Assembly: GCA_964370005.1 (NCBI GenBank)
Contig: CAYJGR010000004.1
Span: forward strand, 1-63,233
DNA: 63,233 nucleotides
Source of the DNA: an uncultured Oscillospiraceae bacterium
GTDB lineage: Bacteria; Bacillota; Clostridia; Oscillospirales; Ruminococcaceae
Direction of reading: 5' to 3'
Part shown: in pieces, positions 35,746 to 46,492 of the stretch
How positions within the stretch are numbered: position 1 is the stretch's first letter
Layout: each line of letters begins with the position of its first letter
Program-made: the position numbers and the translations under genes
Notes under the pieces: generated by a model
The model's database searches: none
What the model was told of the DNA's origin: nothing
What the model saw: the letters and a program-made list of their open reading frames with translations, nothing else

Positions 35746-36765
35746 ATGAGAGTGGCTGACGTATTATCACAAAGTCAAATTGATGCATTATTAAACGCAG
35801 CATTGAGTGGTGCAGATGACGAAAAACCTGCTGCTCAAAAATCGCCCGAAGAAAAATATCGCAAATACGATTTCTACAGCCCAAGAAAATTCACAAAAGA
35901 TCGCATGAAGGTGTTAGAGGCGGTTTTTGAGAACTATGCAAGGGTTGTGTCGTCTCGCCTTAATCGTTTACTACACACCACATGTGTGGTAGAGCTTGAA
36001 ACCATTGAGCAACAAAGATATCATGAGTTTTCCAATGCGCTTTCAGATGGGGATATCCTCACCGTAGTGGATGTGGATATACCGGGCGAGATCAGAAACG
36101 ATGATTTACCGGTGCTACTGCACTGCTCTACCGATCTTACGCTGGGCATGGTTGACCGCCTGATGGGTGGAGTGGGAGCGCTACAAGATACAGGGGGGGA
36201 TGGGTACATCCTCACAGGTATCGAGCTCAAGCTGTATGAAACGCTGGCAAAAGAGATGGTGTCTTTCTTGGGCGGAAGTTGGGAGGCATATGTCGATGTG
36301 GATTTTGGTTTTAGGCGGGTGGAGAACAATCCCACTCTTGTGGAGCTTATCGGCGTCGATGAAACGGTAATTATCGTGAGTTGCGGGGTGGAACTACCCA
36401 GCGGTATGGGTCAAGTGAGTGTATGTTTGCCCAGTATGGTGCTTACAAATCTTTTCAATGCAATTGAGCGAGCAAATCAGGCCGGCCGAGGTTCGGGCGA
36501 AGATAATTCAGATGAGATTATGAATATCTTGCGTGAATCGGATTTGGAGATTACGGCCGAACTTGACAGAACTACTATAAAGCTATGGGATCTTCACTTT
36601 CTGAATGTGGGAGATGTGATAGACCTCAATCATCCGGTGGATCAACCAATTTATTTGAGAGTGGGCGGACGACCGTGGTTTAGCGGTAAAATGGGCGTCC
36701 AAAATAGTAGTAAAGCGGTTAAGATCTCAAAGACTCACCATCATCATGGGAAAGGGGAAGAATAA
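35746..36765 (+). CDS. fliM: Flagellar motor switch protein FliM
   Basis: N-terminal LSQSQIDALL CheY-P binding peptide. YDFYSPRKFTKDRMKVLEAVFENYAR is the FliM core. Confidence 0.93.
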   Translation: MRVADVLSQSQIDALLNAALSGADDEKPAAQKSPEEKYRKYDFYSPRKFTKDRMKVLEAVFENYARVVSSRLNRLLHTTCVVELETIEQQRYHEFSNALSDGDILTVVDVDIPGEIRNDDLPVLLHCSTDLTLGMVDRLMGGVGALQDTGGDGYILTGIELKLYETLAKEMVSFLGGSWEAYVDVDFGFRRVENNPTLVELIGVDETVIIVSCGVELPSGMGQVSVCLPSMVLTNLFNAIERANQAGRGSGEDNSDEIMNILRESDLEITAELDRTTIKLWDLHFLNVGDVIDLNHPVDQPIYLRVGGRPWFSGKMGVQNSSKAVKISKTHHHHGKGEE

Positions 36766-36771
36766 AGGCCT

Positions 36772-37950
36772 ATGGAGCGAGTAGTTTTTAGCGCAATGGA
36801 ATTAGATGCACTGGGCGAAGTGATGAATATAAGCTTAGGATCGTCGGCCACTGCAGTTTCCAATATGCTGGATTGTCGTGTGGATATCACCACGCCTATG
36901 GCCAGCATGGTTGCAATGGAATCGTTTGATTTTGGTGACATGCAACCGGCCATTGGTGTGGAGATCAATTACACATCGGGTTTACAAGGCAGCAATCTTA
37001 TGATGCTCAAGCGAAACGATGTGCGAGTGATTGTGGGCACCCTTATGGGGAGCGAGATACCCGATGAAGAGTTTGAGCTCAACGATTTGACAATAAGTGC
37101 GATTTGTGAGGTTATGAACCAGATGATGGGAGCGGCCTCGACGGCACTTTCGGATTTTCTGGGTAGGCCGGTTAATATTTCGACACCTAAGTCTTTTAAG
37201 CTTGATGAGTTGGAAAAATTTCGAGAGGAATATTTCAGCGATAAAAATCAGGACTTGGTTGCAATACAGTTTTCGCTGCATATAGAGAATTTGTCCGAGA
37301 GTCGATTTATAAATATTATGTCGACCGAGCTTGCACGGGAGTTGTTGGATGGCTTTAGAATGGGGGGGATGTCGCAGGATAGTGAGCCTTCCGTCCAGCC
37401 GGATACACCGGTACAAACCCAAGCCCCACCACCCCCGCAACCAACACCAAGTGCAGCGCAAGATGGCGGCACGATGACTCAGGAGGGAATAGAGATGTTA
37501 ATGAGCGGATTGGTACCGCCATCACCGCCGGCTGCCGGCACACCACAGCCACAGCCGTCGTCACCGATAATGCCACAAGCGCCTGCGGCGACACATATAC
37601 CGGCGGCTGACCCCAAGCTTATAAATGCCCAACCGGTGCGTTTGCCCACATTGGATGTGGGTGGACATATGGGTCAGGAACAAGCACAGAATTTAGAGCT
37701 GATAATGGCGGTACCACTTGAGATTTCGGTTGAGATTGGTCGTGCCAAGCGCAAGGTAGAAGATATATTGACCTTCTCTAAAGGGTCGTTGGTGGTACTT
37801 GATAAACTGGCAGGAGATCAAGTTGATTTATTTGTAAACGGAATGTGTGTAGCCCGAGGGGATGTTGTTGTTGTAGATGATAACTTCGGGGTAAGAATAA
37901 CAGAGGTTTTAACCCCTGCAAAGCTTTTGGAACTTGATATTAAAAAATAA
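36772..37950 (+). CDS. fliY: Flagellar motor switch phosphatase FliY (CheC-like N-domain plus FliN C-domain)
   Basis: LDALGEVMNISLGSSATAVSNML and ISAICEVMNQMMGAASTAL are CheC repeats. The C-terminus PLEISVEIGRAKRKVEDILTFSKGSLVVLDKLAGDQVDLFVNG is FliN-like. Confidence 0.9.
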   Translation: MERVVFSAMELDALGEVMNISLGSSATAVSNMLDCRVDITTPMASMVAMESFDFGDMQPAIGVEINYTSGLQGSNLMMLKRNDVRVIVGTLMGSEIPDEEFELNDLTISAICEVMNQMMGAASTALSDFLGRPVNISTPKSFKLDELEKFREEYFSDKNQDLVAIQFSLHIENLSESRFINIMSTELARELLDGFRMGGMSQDSEPSVQPDTPVQTQAPPPPQPTPSAAQDGGTMTQEGIEMLMSGLVPPSPPAAGTPQPQPSSPIMPQAPAATHIPAADPKLINAQPVRLPTLDVGGHMGQEQAQNLELIMAVPLEISVEIGRAKRKVEDILTFSKGSLVVLDKLAGDQVDLFVNGMCVARGDVVVVDDNFGVRITEVLTPAKLLELDIKK

Positions 37951-38002
37951 ACATTACAAAGTAATGCTAAATGCCCAATAAGAAGAAAGGAATGAGATAG
38001 TT

Positions 38003-38368
38003 ATGGCAAAGATTTTAGTAGTTGATGACGCTGCATTCATGAGAAAGGTAATTCGCGATACCCTGAGCAAGAATGGATACACAGATATACATGAGGCTGT
38101 GGACGGCAAAGATGCGGTGGATAAGTATGCCGAGCTAAAGCCGGATCTTGTATTGATGGATATTACAATGCCCAACATGGATGGACTTGAGGCACTCAAG
38201 ATTATCCGCTCCAAGGATGGGGATGCCAATATTGTTATGTGTTCGGCTATGGGCCAAGAGGCTATGGTAGTTGAGGCTGTGCAGGCCGGTATAAAGGACT
38301 TTATCGTAAAGCCGTTTAAGGATGAGCGTCTGATTAAAACAGTCAGCTCTATCCTTGGCAACGCCTAA
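38003..38368 (+). CDS. cheY: Chemotaxis response regulator CheY
   Basis: KILVVDDAAFMRKVIRDTL...DLVLMDITMPNMDGLEAL...IVKPF. Confidence 0.95.
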   Translation: MAKILVVDDAAFMRKVIRDTLSKNGYTDIHEAVDGKDAVDKYAELKPDLVLMDITMPNMDGLEALKIIRSKDGDANIVMCSAMGQEAMVVEAVQAGIKDFIVKPFKDERLIKTVSSILGNA

Positions 38369-38373
38369 GTGCT

Positions 38374-38748
38374 ATGATAGATCAGCTTTTACAGCTTATT
38401 TGGACACTGCTTATTATAATATTTGTGCTGGCTGCGGCCTATGTTTTCACACGCTATGTACTAGGACGTGTGCCCATGGGTAGCATGAGACCCCGCACCC
38501 GCCGTATAAACACCCTTGAACAACTACCGGTGGGACGCAATCAAAAGCTACTGCTTGTACAAATGGATGATGAGGTATACTTTTTGGGGGTGTCGGAGGA
38601 TAATATTGTCTGTATAAGCCGTGTCTCGGAGGAAAAGGTTAAACGTTGGAGTGACGAGGACGAAATACTGCGCATGACCCAGTCACGCGTGGATTTCACA
38701 GGCGCACTCGGCAAGGTTTTGGGACGTCCCAAAAAAGGGGAGGATTAA
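38374..38748 (+). CDS. fliO: Flagellar biosynthesis protein FliO (FliZ in Bacillus nomenclature)
   Basis: Single TM helix followed by LEQLPVGRNQKLLLVQMDDEVYFLGVSEDNI, located upstream of fliP. Confidence 0.8.
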   Translation: MIDQLLQLIWTLLIIIFVLAAAYVFTRYVLGRVPMGSMRPRTRRINTLEQLPVGRNQKLLLVQMDDEVYFLGVSEDNIVCISRVSEEKVKRWSDEDEILRMTQSRVDFTGALGKVLGRPKKGED

Positions 38749-38751
38749 GCC

Positions 38752-39417
38752 GTGAATTTGGATGCACTGATAAATGTTAATGGCGAAAATCTACAAACCT
38801 TGCAGATATTGTTCCTGACAACCATCCTTTCACTACTGCCTTCCATGGTAGTGATGATGACCTCGTTTACAAGGTATATCATCTCGTTTTCGTTTTTGCG
38901 AATGGCTATGGGGCTTCAACAAAACCCACCCAATATGGTGTTGGTGGGCATGGCGCTTTTCCTGTCGCTTTTTACTATGTCGGGAGTGGTGGATGAAATC
39001 CAAGAGGTGGCCTACGACCCATATGTGGCCGAGGAGATCACCCAGGAGGAGTTTTTTGAGTTGGCCCAGGTGCCGCTCAAGGAGTTTATGCTAAGGCAGA
39101 CCGACCCAAGCTCGCTCAATACATTTTGTGAGCTGGCCGGTGTACAAACTCCCGCCGCCGAGGATGCCATAGACCTACCGCTGAGCATAGTTGTACCCTC
39201 ATTTATGACAAGCGAGCTGGCAAGGGCTTTCCAGATAGGATTTTTCCTGTACATACCATTCATTCTTATAGATGTAATTGTGGCGACCACCCTTATGTCC
39301 ATGGGTATGATTATGCTTCCGCCCGCAATGATCTCCATGCCATTTAAGCTGTTGTTATTTGTATCACTCAACGGTTGGCAACTTTTGTTCTCGACATTGG
39401 TTACGGGATTTCAATAG
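38752..39417 (+). CDS. fliP: Flagellar export apparatus protein FliP
   Basis: ILSLLPSMVVMMTSFTRYIISFSFLRMAMGLQQNPPN...AFQIGFFLYIPFILIDVIVATTLMSMGM. Confidence 0.96.
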   Translation: MNLDALINVNGENLQTLQILFLTTILSLLPSMVVMMTSFTRYIISFSFLRMAMGLQQNPPNMVLVGMALFLSLFTMSGVVDEIQEVAYDPYVAEEITQEEFFELAQVPLKEFMLRQTDPSSLNTFCELAGVQTPAAEDAIDLPLSIVVPSFMTSELARAFQIGFFLYIPFILIDVIVATTLMSMGMIMLPPAMISMPFKLLLFVSLNGWQLLFSTLVTGFQ

Positions 39418-39437
39418 GGGAAACGGAGGTGGCCTAA

Positions 39438-39683
39438 ATGAATGTTACGGATGTACTGCGGGAAGGGCTTGGTGTAGTAATACGCATAGGCGCACCCTTT
39501 TTGCTCCTTACAATGCTTGTGGGTGTAATTGTGGCCATATTCCAGGCCGTCACCCAAATACACGAACAATCCCTATCCTTTATACTGAAACTCATCACAG
39601 TTGTAGCTATAATACTTATAGCGGGTGAGTGGATGCTCGAGATATTGATCGATTTTTGCGTGTATATATTCACGCTGATGTAG
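39438..39683 (+). CDS. fliQ: Flagellar export apparatus protein FliQ
   Basis: GAPFLLLTMLVGVIVAIFQAVTQIHEQSLSFILKL. Confidence 0.93.
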   Translation: MNVTDVLREGLGVVIRIGAPFLLLTMLVGVIVAIFQAVTQIHEQSLSFILKLITVVAIILIAGEWMLEILIDFCVYIFTLM

Positions 39684-39707
39684 GGGAAAGGTAGTAGGGG
39701 CAATGAT

Positions 39708-40481
39708 ATGGATTGGACGGCACTTTATCTATTTGAACTGATATTTATGCGCATGACAGGTTTTGTCGTGCTCAATCCCATTTTCGGTCATAATGCGGTC
39801 AGCAATTTGGCCAAAGGCGGGCTGATAATGGTCTTGTCCATATTTCTTTATACCCACGGAAGTTTTGTGAGCTTAGAGGTGCCACAAAGCAATATTGTAC
39901 ATATGATGCAGCTCATTTTGGAGCTTGCAGTGGGATTTGCTATAGGGTTTGTCATCAGACTGTTTTTTATGGTGATACAGTTTGGTGGTGAAGTAATAGA
40001 TATACAGATGGGTCTATCCATGGCGCAGATGTATGACCCGGCAACCCAAATCAATATGACTGTTACTGCATCGCTACTCAACGTGTTGTTCATAATGAAT
40101 TTCTTCGCACAAAACGGTCATTACACGTTGCTACGCATAATGCTGACCTCGGGGGAGGTAATTCCTTTTGGGACTGCCACTTTGGGGGCACAGGTATCCA
40201 CCCATATGGTCGAGATATTTCTCGCCTGTTTGACACTGGCCGTAAAGCTTGCACTACCAATACTGGCGGCCGAGATGCTAAGCACAATCGGAATGGGTAT
40301 TTTGATGAAGGCTATACCCCAGATAAACGCCTTTGTCATTAATATAGAACTAAAAGTTGTAATAGGACTTGCGATGTTGTTTCTTCTTTTTACCCCCATG
40401 AGTGAATTTTTGTTGATGGTTGAGGTTTCGATGCTTGATAGTGTAAGAGATATGCTGGCGACCATGAGCATAGGGGGATAG
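39708..40481 (+). CDS. fliR: Flagellar export apparatus protein FliR
   Basis: 257 aa polytopic protein with GEVIDIQMGLSMAQMYDP. Confidence 0.92.
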   Translation: MDWTALYLFELIFMRMTGFVVLNPIFGHNAVSNLAKGGLIMVLSIFLYTHGSFVSLEVPQSNIVHMMQLILELAVGFAIGFVIRLFFMVIQFGGEVIDIQMGLSMAQMYDPATQINMTVTASLLNVLFIMNFFAQNGHYTLLRIMLTSGEVIPFGTATLGAQVSTHMVEIFLACLTLAVKLALPILAAEMLSTIGMGILMKAIPQINAFVINIELKVVIGLAMLFLLFTPMSEFLLMVEVSMLDSVRDMLATMSIGG

Positions 40482-40506
40482 CGAGGGATAAAAGGGGGGA
40501 ACCCGA

Positions 40507-41574
40507 GTGCCTGCAGAGCAAAAAACTGAAAAGGCGACGCCCAAAAGGCGACGTGACGAACGAAAAAAAGGTAACATATTTAAAAGCAACGATGCTGTGT
40601 CGGTGCTGGTTATGTTAAGCAGTTTTTTTGTGATATGGCTTACTGCTCCTATGATCGCTGAGAATATCTATGATTTCTTTGTGTATTGTATGAACATCCC
40701 GACCGATCAACCTGTGAGCAGTACCGCACCCGAACTGCGCAATATGATTGACAAGTTTATCACGACTTTTGCTGTATCGGCAGGCCCTATTATCATCACT
40801 GCCATAACGGTAGGGGTGGGGTCAACACTCTACCAAACAAAAATGCTCGTAACATTTGAGCCAATAAAACCCAAATTGAGCCACTTAAACCCACTCCAAG
40901 GTATAAAGCGTTTGTTTTCAATTAGAAGTGTGGTCGATGCGGTCAAGGGAATACTTAAAATTGTCATAATTCTTTCTTTGTTATATCGCTATATCGGCAG
41001 TGTCGCAGAACTGCTTTCAAAATATATGTACACCGACCTTTTGTCCTCGGCATCTCACCTTTATGGATCAGCTTTTGAAGTGGTGATACAAATCTCCATA
41101 GCATTTGTTGTGCTGGCAGGTGCTGATATCTACTTTCAGTGGTGGGATTATGAACGCAAACTAAAAATGTCCAAACAGGAGGTCAAAGAGGAATATAAAC
41201 AAATGGAGGGCGACCCCAAGATCAAAGCCAAGATAAAGGAAGCCCAAAGAAACCTCGCTCGTTCCCGCATGATGCAAAAAGTGCCCACCGCCGATGTTGT
41301 GGTGCGAAACCCAACACACTTTGCCGTGGCATTGAGATATCGATCCGAGAGCGATGCCGCACCGATAGTGCTGGCTAAGGGTCAAGATGAATTGGCGCTT
41401 CGCATAATAGCCGTGGCCGAGGAAAACAATGTGCTGATTGTGGAGAATGTACCACTGGCCAGGGCACTTTATGCCTCCACAGAACTTGACCGAGAGATAC
41501 CGTCCGAACTTTACAACGCCGTAGCCGAGGTGCTTGTGTACCTCTATCGACTCGATGGCAGGATAAAAAATTAG
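40507..41574 (+). CDS. flhB: Flagellar export switch protein FlhB
   Basis: EKATPKRRRDERKKGNIFKS..., MSKQEVKEEYKQMEGDPKIK and the NPTH autocleavage motif (VVRNPTHFAVAL). GTG start. Confidence 0.96.
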   Translation: MPAEQKTEKATPKRRRDERKKGNIFKSNDAVSVLVMLSSFFVIWLTAPMIAENIYDFFVYCMNIPTDQPVSSTAPELRNMIDKFITTFAVSAGPIIITAITVGVGSTLYQTKMLVTFEPIKPKLSHLNPLQGIKRLFSIRSVVDAVKGILKIVIILSLLYRYIGSVAELLSKYMYTDLLSSASHLYGSAFEVVIQISIAFVVLAGADIYFQWWDYERKLKMSKQEVKEEYKQMEGDPKIKAKIKEAQRNLARSRMMQKVPTADVVVRNPTHFAVALRYRSESDAAPIVLAKGQDELALRIIAVAEENNVLIVENVPLARALYASTELDREIPSELYNAVAEVLVYLYRLDGRIKN

Positions 41575-41585
41575 GGAGATATGCT

Positions 41586-41828
41586 ATGAAGATGGTTATT
41601 GGTGTGATAGTGTTCTTTTTCCTTGCTATGACATTTGGCGGGGGGATATCGGACATGATATTCTCGGCCATAGTTGGCGGGGGAGTGGACGAAAGTTTTC
41701 TCTACCCGATATACGGTGGCATTGTTTTGTTGGCCGGCATGATAGCAATATGCACCAAGATTGTGCTAGAAGAAATACAATCGCTAAAAGATATGATAGC
41801 TAAAACGCAGGAGACACAGGACGAATAA
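41586..41828 (+). CDS. Small hypothetical membrane protein (two TM helices, acidic tail) between flhB and flhA
   Basis: 80 aa, SD AGGGAG, 11 nt after the flhB stop. No family recognised. Confidence 0.5.
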   Translation: MKMVIGVIVFFFLAMTFGGGISDMIFSAIVGGGVDESFLYPIYGGIVLLAGMIAICTKIVLEEIQSLKDMIAKTQETQDE

Positions 41829-41900
41829 GTCCATATACCGCTGTCTATACAGTGTGCAAGCGTACACAACTCACCCGCCCCAAATCAGGAGTAAAAGCCT

Positions 41901-44003
41901 ATGAAACGAATACTCGACAATTCCATATCTATCATGGTGGTAATCATCGTGCTATTCTTGGTGATACCGCTACCCTCCACAGCTATTTTGGATATACTGC
42001 TTGTGGTCAATATATCGATGTCGATTGTCATTTTGATGATCACTATGAGCATATCCCAGTCCTTGGAGCTGTCGGTATTCCCCTCACTGCTACTTATTAC
42101 CACTCTGTTTCGTTTGGGGCTTAACATCTCCTCCACTCGTATGATCCTCTCACGGGGTGGCGATGCAGGTACAGTAATACGTTCTTTTGGTAACTTGATA
42201 ACACAGGGTAACATCGTAATCGGTGTTATAATCTTTCTCATAATCGTACTTGTACAATTTATCGTAATCACAAAGGGTGCCGAGCGTGTATCAGAAGTGG
42301 CCGCCCGCTTTACCCTGGATGCCATGCCCGGCAAACAGATGGCTATAGATGCCGACTTAAGCTCGGGTATGATCAAGGAAGAAGAGGCCAGAGAACGCCG
42401 CCATGTCATCCAAAAAGAGGCCGACTTCTATGGCGCAATGGATGGTGCCACCAAGATAGTCAAGGGCGATGCTGTTATGTCCATCGTCATCACAATTATA
42501 AACTTCATAGCCGGTGTAATCATAGGCATGGTACAGGACGGTGGCGACTTTGCCACGGTGTTGAGTGTTTATTCTATAGCTACCATCGGTGATGGGCTTG
42601 TCTCGCAGGTGCCTTCACTTATGATTTCGACCGCTACCGGCATGATTGTAACTCGCTCTGTGTCCGAGGGAAGCCTTAATACAGATGTTATTACCCAGTT
42701 CAAAAATCAGCCCCGTGCCATTATGGCTACAGGTGTCATACTTGTATTGATGGCGGTATTCCCCGGCACACCCACATTGCCGCTTTTTGTGGTGGGTATT
42801 GCCATGGGTGTGGGTGGATTTGTCGGTGATCGTCGCATGGCTCAGGTGAGGGCATTGCAGGCGCAGGCAGACTTGCAAACCGGTATGACCGAGTTATCCG
42901 AGGTCATGGGCCCCTCCGAGTCGGATTACTACAAAGATATCAACAATGTATATTCACTACTGACTATAGAGCCTATCGAGATGGAATTTGGCTACAGCCT
43001 TATACCACTTGTTGATGAATCAAGCGGTGGTAAGCTCATAAGTCGTATCGTGATATTCCGTCGCCAATATGCCCAGGATATGGGCTTTGTGGTACCCTCC
43101 ATACGTCTGCATGATGGGGCAACACTCGGCACAAATCAATATATAATCAAGATAAGGGGTGAGGAGGTCGCCCGAGGTGAGATATTGGTCGATTATTATC
43201 TCGCACTTGAACCCTCCGATACAAATGGTGAAATCGATGGCATAGAGACGGTAGAGCCGGCTTATGGCATACCTGCACGATGGATTTTACCCGAGAATAA
43301 GGAGATGGCCGAGATTTACGGCTACACTGTCATCACACCCCTATCTGTAATGCTCACACATCTCTCCGAGACGGTTAAAAAGCACGCCTATGAGTTATTG
43401 GGTCGTACCGAGACCTTGCAACTTGTAGAAAATCTTAAACTTACCCAACCCGAGCTTGTCGAGGAGGCCATACCAAATGTGGTCAGTTACACGACCCTTG
43501 AGAAGATATTACGAAACCTTTTACGTGAGGGAATCCCCATAAAGGATTTGGGTGGTATATTGGCGGCCATAGTGGAGGCAAGCACCACCACTGCCGATAT
43601 AGATATGATTACCGAGCAGGTGCGTGGAGCACTTGGACGCACTATCACTCGCAAGTTCTGCGAGGGCGGACAGCTTAGGGTGGTTACACTGGATGCTGAG
43701 CTTGAAAAGAAGGTGTTGGCCTCACTTACAAAGAACGATCACGGTGTGTATCTTGCCTTGGGGCCTGAGATATTACAGCAGGTGGTGGCACAACTTGGGG
43801 ATTTGCGCAAGAAGTTCAACGACCTTTCGCAAACTCCGGTGGTGCTGACAAGTCAAATTATCCGTGTATATCTAAGCCGACTTCTTGCACAGTTTTATCC
43901 CGATGTCTATGTATTATCCTTTAGCGAGATCGCCAGCAATGTACAAATACAGGCTATAGGCAATATTACATGGGAGCCACAAGCCCAAGAGATACACGCA
44001 TAA
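41901..44003 (+). CDS. flhA: Flagellar export gate protein FlhA
   Basis: [24 protein letters not shown]...[18 protein letters not shown]...[14 protein letters not shown]. Confidence 0.97.
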   Translation: MKRILDNSISIMVVIIVLFLVIPLPSTAILDILLVVNISMSIVILMITMSISQSLELSVFPSLLLITTLFRLGLNISSTRMILSRGGDAGTVIRSFGNLITQGNIVIGVIIFLIIVLVQFIVITKGAERVSEVAARFTLDAMPGKQMAIDADLSSGMIKEEEARERRHVIQKEADFYGAMDGATKIVKGDAVMSIVITIINFIAGVIIGMVQDGGDFATVLSVYSIATIGDGLVSQVPSLMISTATGMIVTRSVSEGSLNTDVITQFKNQPRAIMATGVILVLMAVFPGTPTLPLFVVGIAMGVGGFVGDRRMAQVRALQAQADLQTGMTELSEVMGPSESDYYKDINNVYSLLTIEPIEMEFGYSLIPLVDESSGGKLISRIVIFRRQYAQDMGFVVPSIRLHDGATLGTNQYIIKIRGEEVARGEILVDYYLALEPSDTNGEIDGIETVEPAYGIPARWILPENKEMAEIYGYTVITPLSVMLTHLSETVKKHAYELLGRTETLQLVENLKLTQPELVEEAIPNVVSYTTLEKILRNLLREGIPIKDLGGILAAIVEASTTTADIDMITEQVRGALGRTITRKFCEGGQLRVVTLDAELEKKVLASLTKNDHGVYLALGPEILQQVVAQLGDLRKKFNDLSQTPVVLTSQIIRVYLSRLLAQFYPDVYVLSFSEIASNVQIQAIGNITWEPQAQEIHA

Positions 44004-44064
44004 CAGTATCGAAAACCGGCCGTAGGGGAAATGCTACATTATAAGGCGGCAAAGGACGGTAAGA

Positions 44065-44883
44065 ATGAATAAATCGAGCGGGTCAGCGGCACTGTCCGAC
44101 CGCGGTAAGCAGTTGTCGGAGCAGGAGCTTGAACAGCTGAATAATCAGGAGCTACTGAGGCTTTATAAGGAGACCGGTGACCAAGAACTGAAATGGGCAC
44201 TGGTACTGCGCATGACCGATATAATTCGGCGCATTGCGCACCAGACCTGTGGGCTTTACAGTGGCTTTACCCAGATGGATGATGTTATACATGAGGGTGT
44301 ATTGGTACTGCTCAGCGCTGTTGACAGATACGATTTTTCAAAGGAAGTCAAGTTTGAGACCTATATATCCAAGCGACTGAGGGGCATGATTGTTGACCTT
44401 GCCCGAAAGCAGGACTGGATACCACGCCAGCTCAGACAAAAATCCATCCAACTCGGACGAGCGACCGAGGAACTATCCGGGGAGCTTGGCCACACCCCCA
44501 GCTCACAGGAGATCGCCGATCATTTAGGGGTCAGCATGGAACAATATCAAGAGATGTTGGCCGACACCGCCGTGACAAACCTCATATCATTTGAGGCACT
44601 GCTCGACAGTTATGGCAATGCCGCAGGCAAGCTTGTGACCGGCACCGAGGGAGCGAATCCCCCCGAGGAGGCCTGCGAGGAAAAGGAACTTTATCATCAC
44701 TTAAAAGAGGGCATACAGGGACTGCGAGAGAATGAACGCCTTGTGTTGTCGCTCTATTACGAAAAGGAACTGACCATGAAGGAGATCGCCCAGGTTTTGG
44801 GGGTAAGTGCCCCGAGGGTGTCCCAAATACACAGCCGTGCAGTACAGAACTTAAAAGCATTCATGACCGACCATATGGAGTAA
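44065..44883 (+). CDS. fliA: Flagellar sigma factor FliA/SigD (sigma-28)
   Basis: Region 2 (DDVIHEGVLVLLSAVDRYDFSKEVKFETYISKRLRGMI) and region 4 (LTMKEIAQVLGVSAPRVSQIHSRAV). Confidence 0.92.
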   Translation: MNKSSGSAALSDRGKQLSEQELEQLNNQELLRLYKETGDQELKWALVLRMTDIIRRIAHQTCGLYSGFTQMDDVIHEGVLVLLSAVDRYDFSKEVKFETYISKRLRGMIVDLARKQDWIPRQLRQKSIQLGRATEELSGELGHTPSSQEIADHLGVSMEQYQEMLADTAVTNLISFEALLDSYGNAAGKLVTGTEGANPPEEACEEKELYHHLKEGIQGLRENERLVLSLYYEKELTMKEIAQVLGVSAPRVSQIHSRAVQNLKAFMTDHME

Positions 44884-44910
44884 AAAACTGCCTGAAAAGG
44901 AGAAAAGCTT

Positions 44911-45705
44911 ATGACAAAGGGATTTTATAATTTGACATCGGGGATGCTATCACAGACACGCCGTTTGGATGTTGTGGGCAACAATATGACCAACGTGTCC
45001 ACCCCCGGATTTAAATCGGAGATTTATACCGATAGTACTTTTGAGGAGGTCATGTGGAGTCGCATTGGCAACAACGAGCGCCCCGAGGATGTCGGCACTC
45101 AAAGTTACATACTGGCCGCCAGCGAACTGCATATAAACCATGAGGCCGGCTTTACCGAGCTGACAGGGCTTAATCTTGATTTTGCCATCATCGGCGACGG
45201 ATATTTTGGAATCCAAAAGGAGAACGGTGTGGAGTACACCCGTGGTGGAAGTTTCTCTCTCGATGGTGAGGGTTACCTTTATCTTGCGGGGCAGGGCAGG
45301 GTGCTTGACTCGGACGGTCAACCCATACTGCTGGCCACAGATAAGATTTCGGCCGACCAGTCGGGGCGCATAACCTTGGCCGAGACCGGTGAGGAAGTGG
45401 CACAACTCGGAGTGTTTACATTTGCTACCGACGATGAAGAGGCCGAACCGGTGGGGCTTATAAAGAATGAGAGCGGGCTTTTTACCGCCGAGCCACCCGA
45501 GGAGGAAGGCCAGGAGGCTATAGACCCGACACAGATGGAGAGCCCCACGGTCATGTGGAAGGCGGTTGAGAACTCCAATGTTGAGATGGTGGATGAGATG
45601 GTGCGCATGATGACGGCACAAAGAGCCTTGCAGAGTGCCGGACAGGTGCTGAAACTTTACGATGGCATACTGACAAAATCCACAACCGATTTAGGAAGAG
45701 TATAA
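44911..45705 (+). CDS. flgF: Flagellar basal-body rod protein (FlgF/FlgG family)
   Basis: GMLSQTRRLDVVGNNMTNVSTPGFK at the N-terminus and MVRMMTAQRALQSAGQVLKLYD at the C-terminus. Confidence 0.85.
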   Translation: MTKGFYNLTSGMLSQTRRLDVVGNNMTNVSTPGFKSEIYTDSTFEEVMWSRIGNNERPEDVGTQSYILAASELHINHEAGFTELTGLNLDFAIIGDGYFGIQKENGVEYTRGGSFSLDGEGYLYLAGQGRVLDSDGQPILLATDKISADQSGRITLAETGEEVAQLGVFTFATDDEEAEPVGLIKNESGLFTAEPPEEEGQEAIDPTQMESPTVMWKAVENSNVEMVDEMVRMMTAQRALQSAGQVLKLYDGILTKSTTDLGRV

Positions 45706-45725
45706 ACTGAGGGGGGTTACATAAA

Positions 45726-46475
45726 ATGATACAAGCTTTTTACAATACGGCTAATGGTGCAAGTGAACAAATGGATCGTATGCAGGTTCAGGGCAATAAT
45801 ATAGCTAATGTCAACACATATGGTTATAAGGCTGACCAATCTGTGTTTAGCAATCTTATGTATGGGATGCTCACAGGAATTGATGATGAGCAATTACCAA
45901 TGGGTACAGGTGCCCGAACGGTCAGCACAGTTACAAACTTTGACTCGACAGGCCTTGAATCGACGGGGCGCACTCTCGATTATACCATCATAGGTGAGGG
46001 GTTCTTTGCCCTGAGAGACATAGCCACCGAGGAAATTTCCTACACAAGGGATGGTGCATTTCGTCTGTCCGAGTTTGAGGGATTGTTTTATCTATCGGAC
46101 GGCGAGGGGCGACAGGTGCTTGATGCCGCAGGAGAACCCATCGTGGTGGGCGCTGTAACCGAGAGTGAGACAGGGGAAATTACGATTACAAACGATCCTG
46201 ATTCCTTGCTTCCCGTGGGTGTGTTTGACATTCAGTACAAGGATGGACTTTTGCATCTTGATTCGGGCAGATTTGCCGTGGGCGAGAAGAACGGCACCGT
46301 GACAGCTATGACCGAGCCACAGGTGATGCAGGGCTTCTTGGAGGCATCAAATGTGGATCTTGCCACCGAGCTTGTAAAGGTGATAGAGGCACAACGTTCA
46401 TATAGTTTTGCCTTGCGCATGGTAACGGTATCTGATGAGGTCGAAACGACCATAAATAACCTGTCAAACAGGTAG
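45726..46475 (+). CDS. flgG: Flagellar basal-body distal rod protein FlgG
   Basis: MDRMQVQGNNIANVNTYGYK at the N-terminus and LVKVIEAQRSYSFALRMVTVSDE at the C-terminus. Confidence 0.85.
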   Translation: MIQAFYNTANGASEQMDRMQVQGNNIANVNTYGYKADQSVFSNLMYGMLTGIDDEQLPMGTGARTVSTVTNFDSTGLESTGRTLDYTIIGEGFFALRDIATEEISYTRDGAFRLSEFEGLFYLSDGEGRQVLDAAGEPIVVGAVTESETGEITITNDPDSLLPVGVFDIQYKDGLLHLDSGRFAVGEKNGTVTAMTEPQVMQGFLEASNVDLATELVKVIEAQRSYSFALRMVTVSDEVETTINNLSNR

Positions 46476-46492
46476 GAAGGTAGGTAGGGTGT

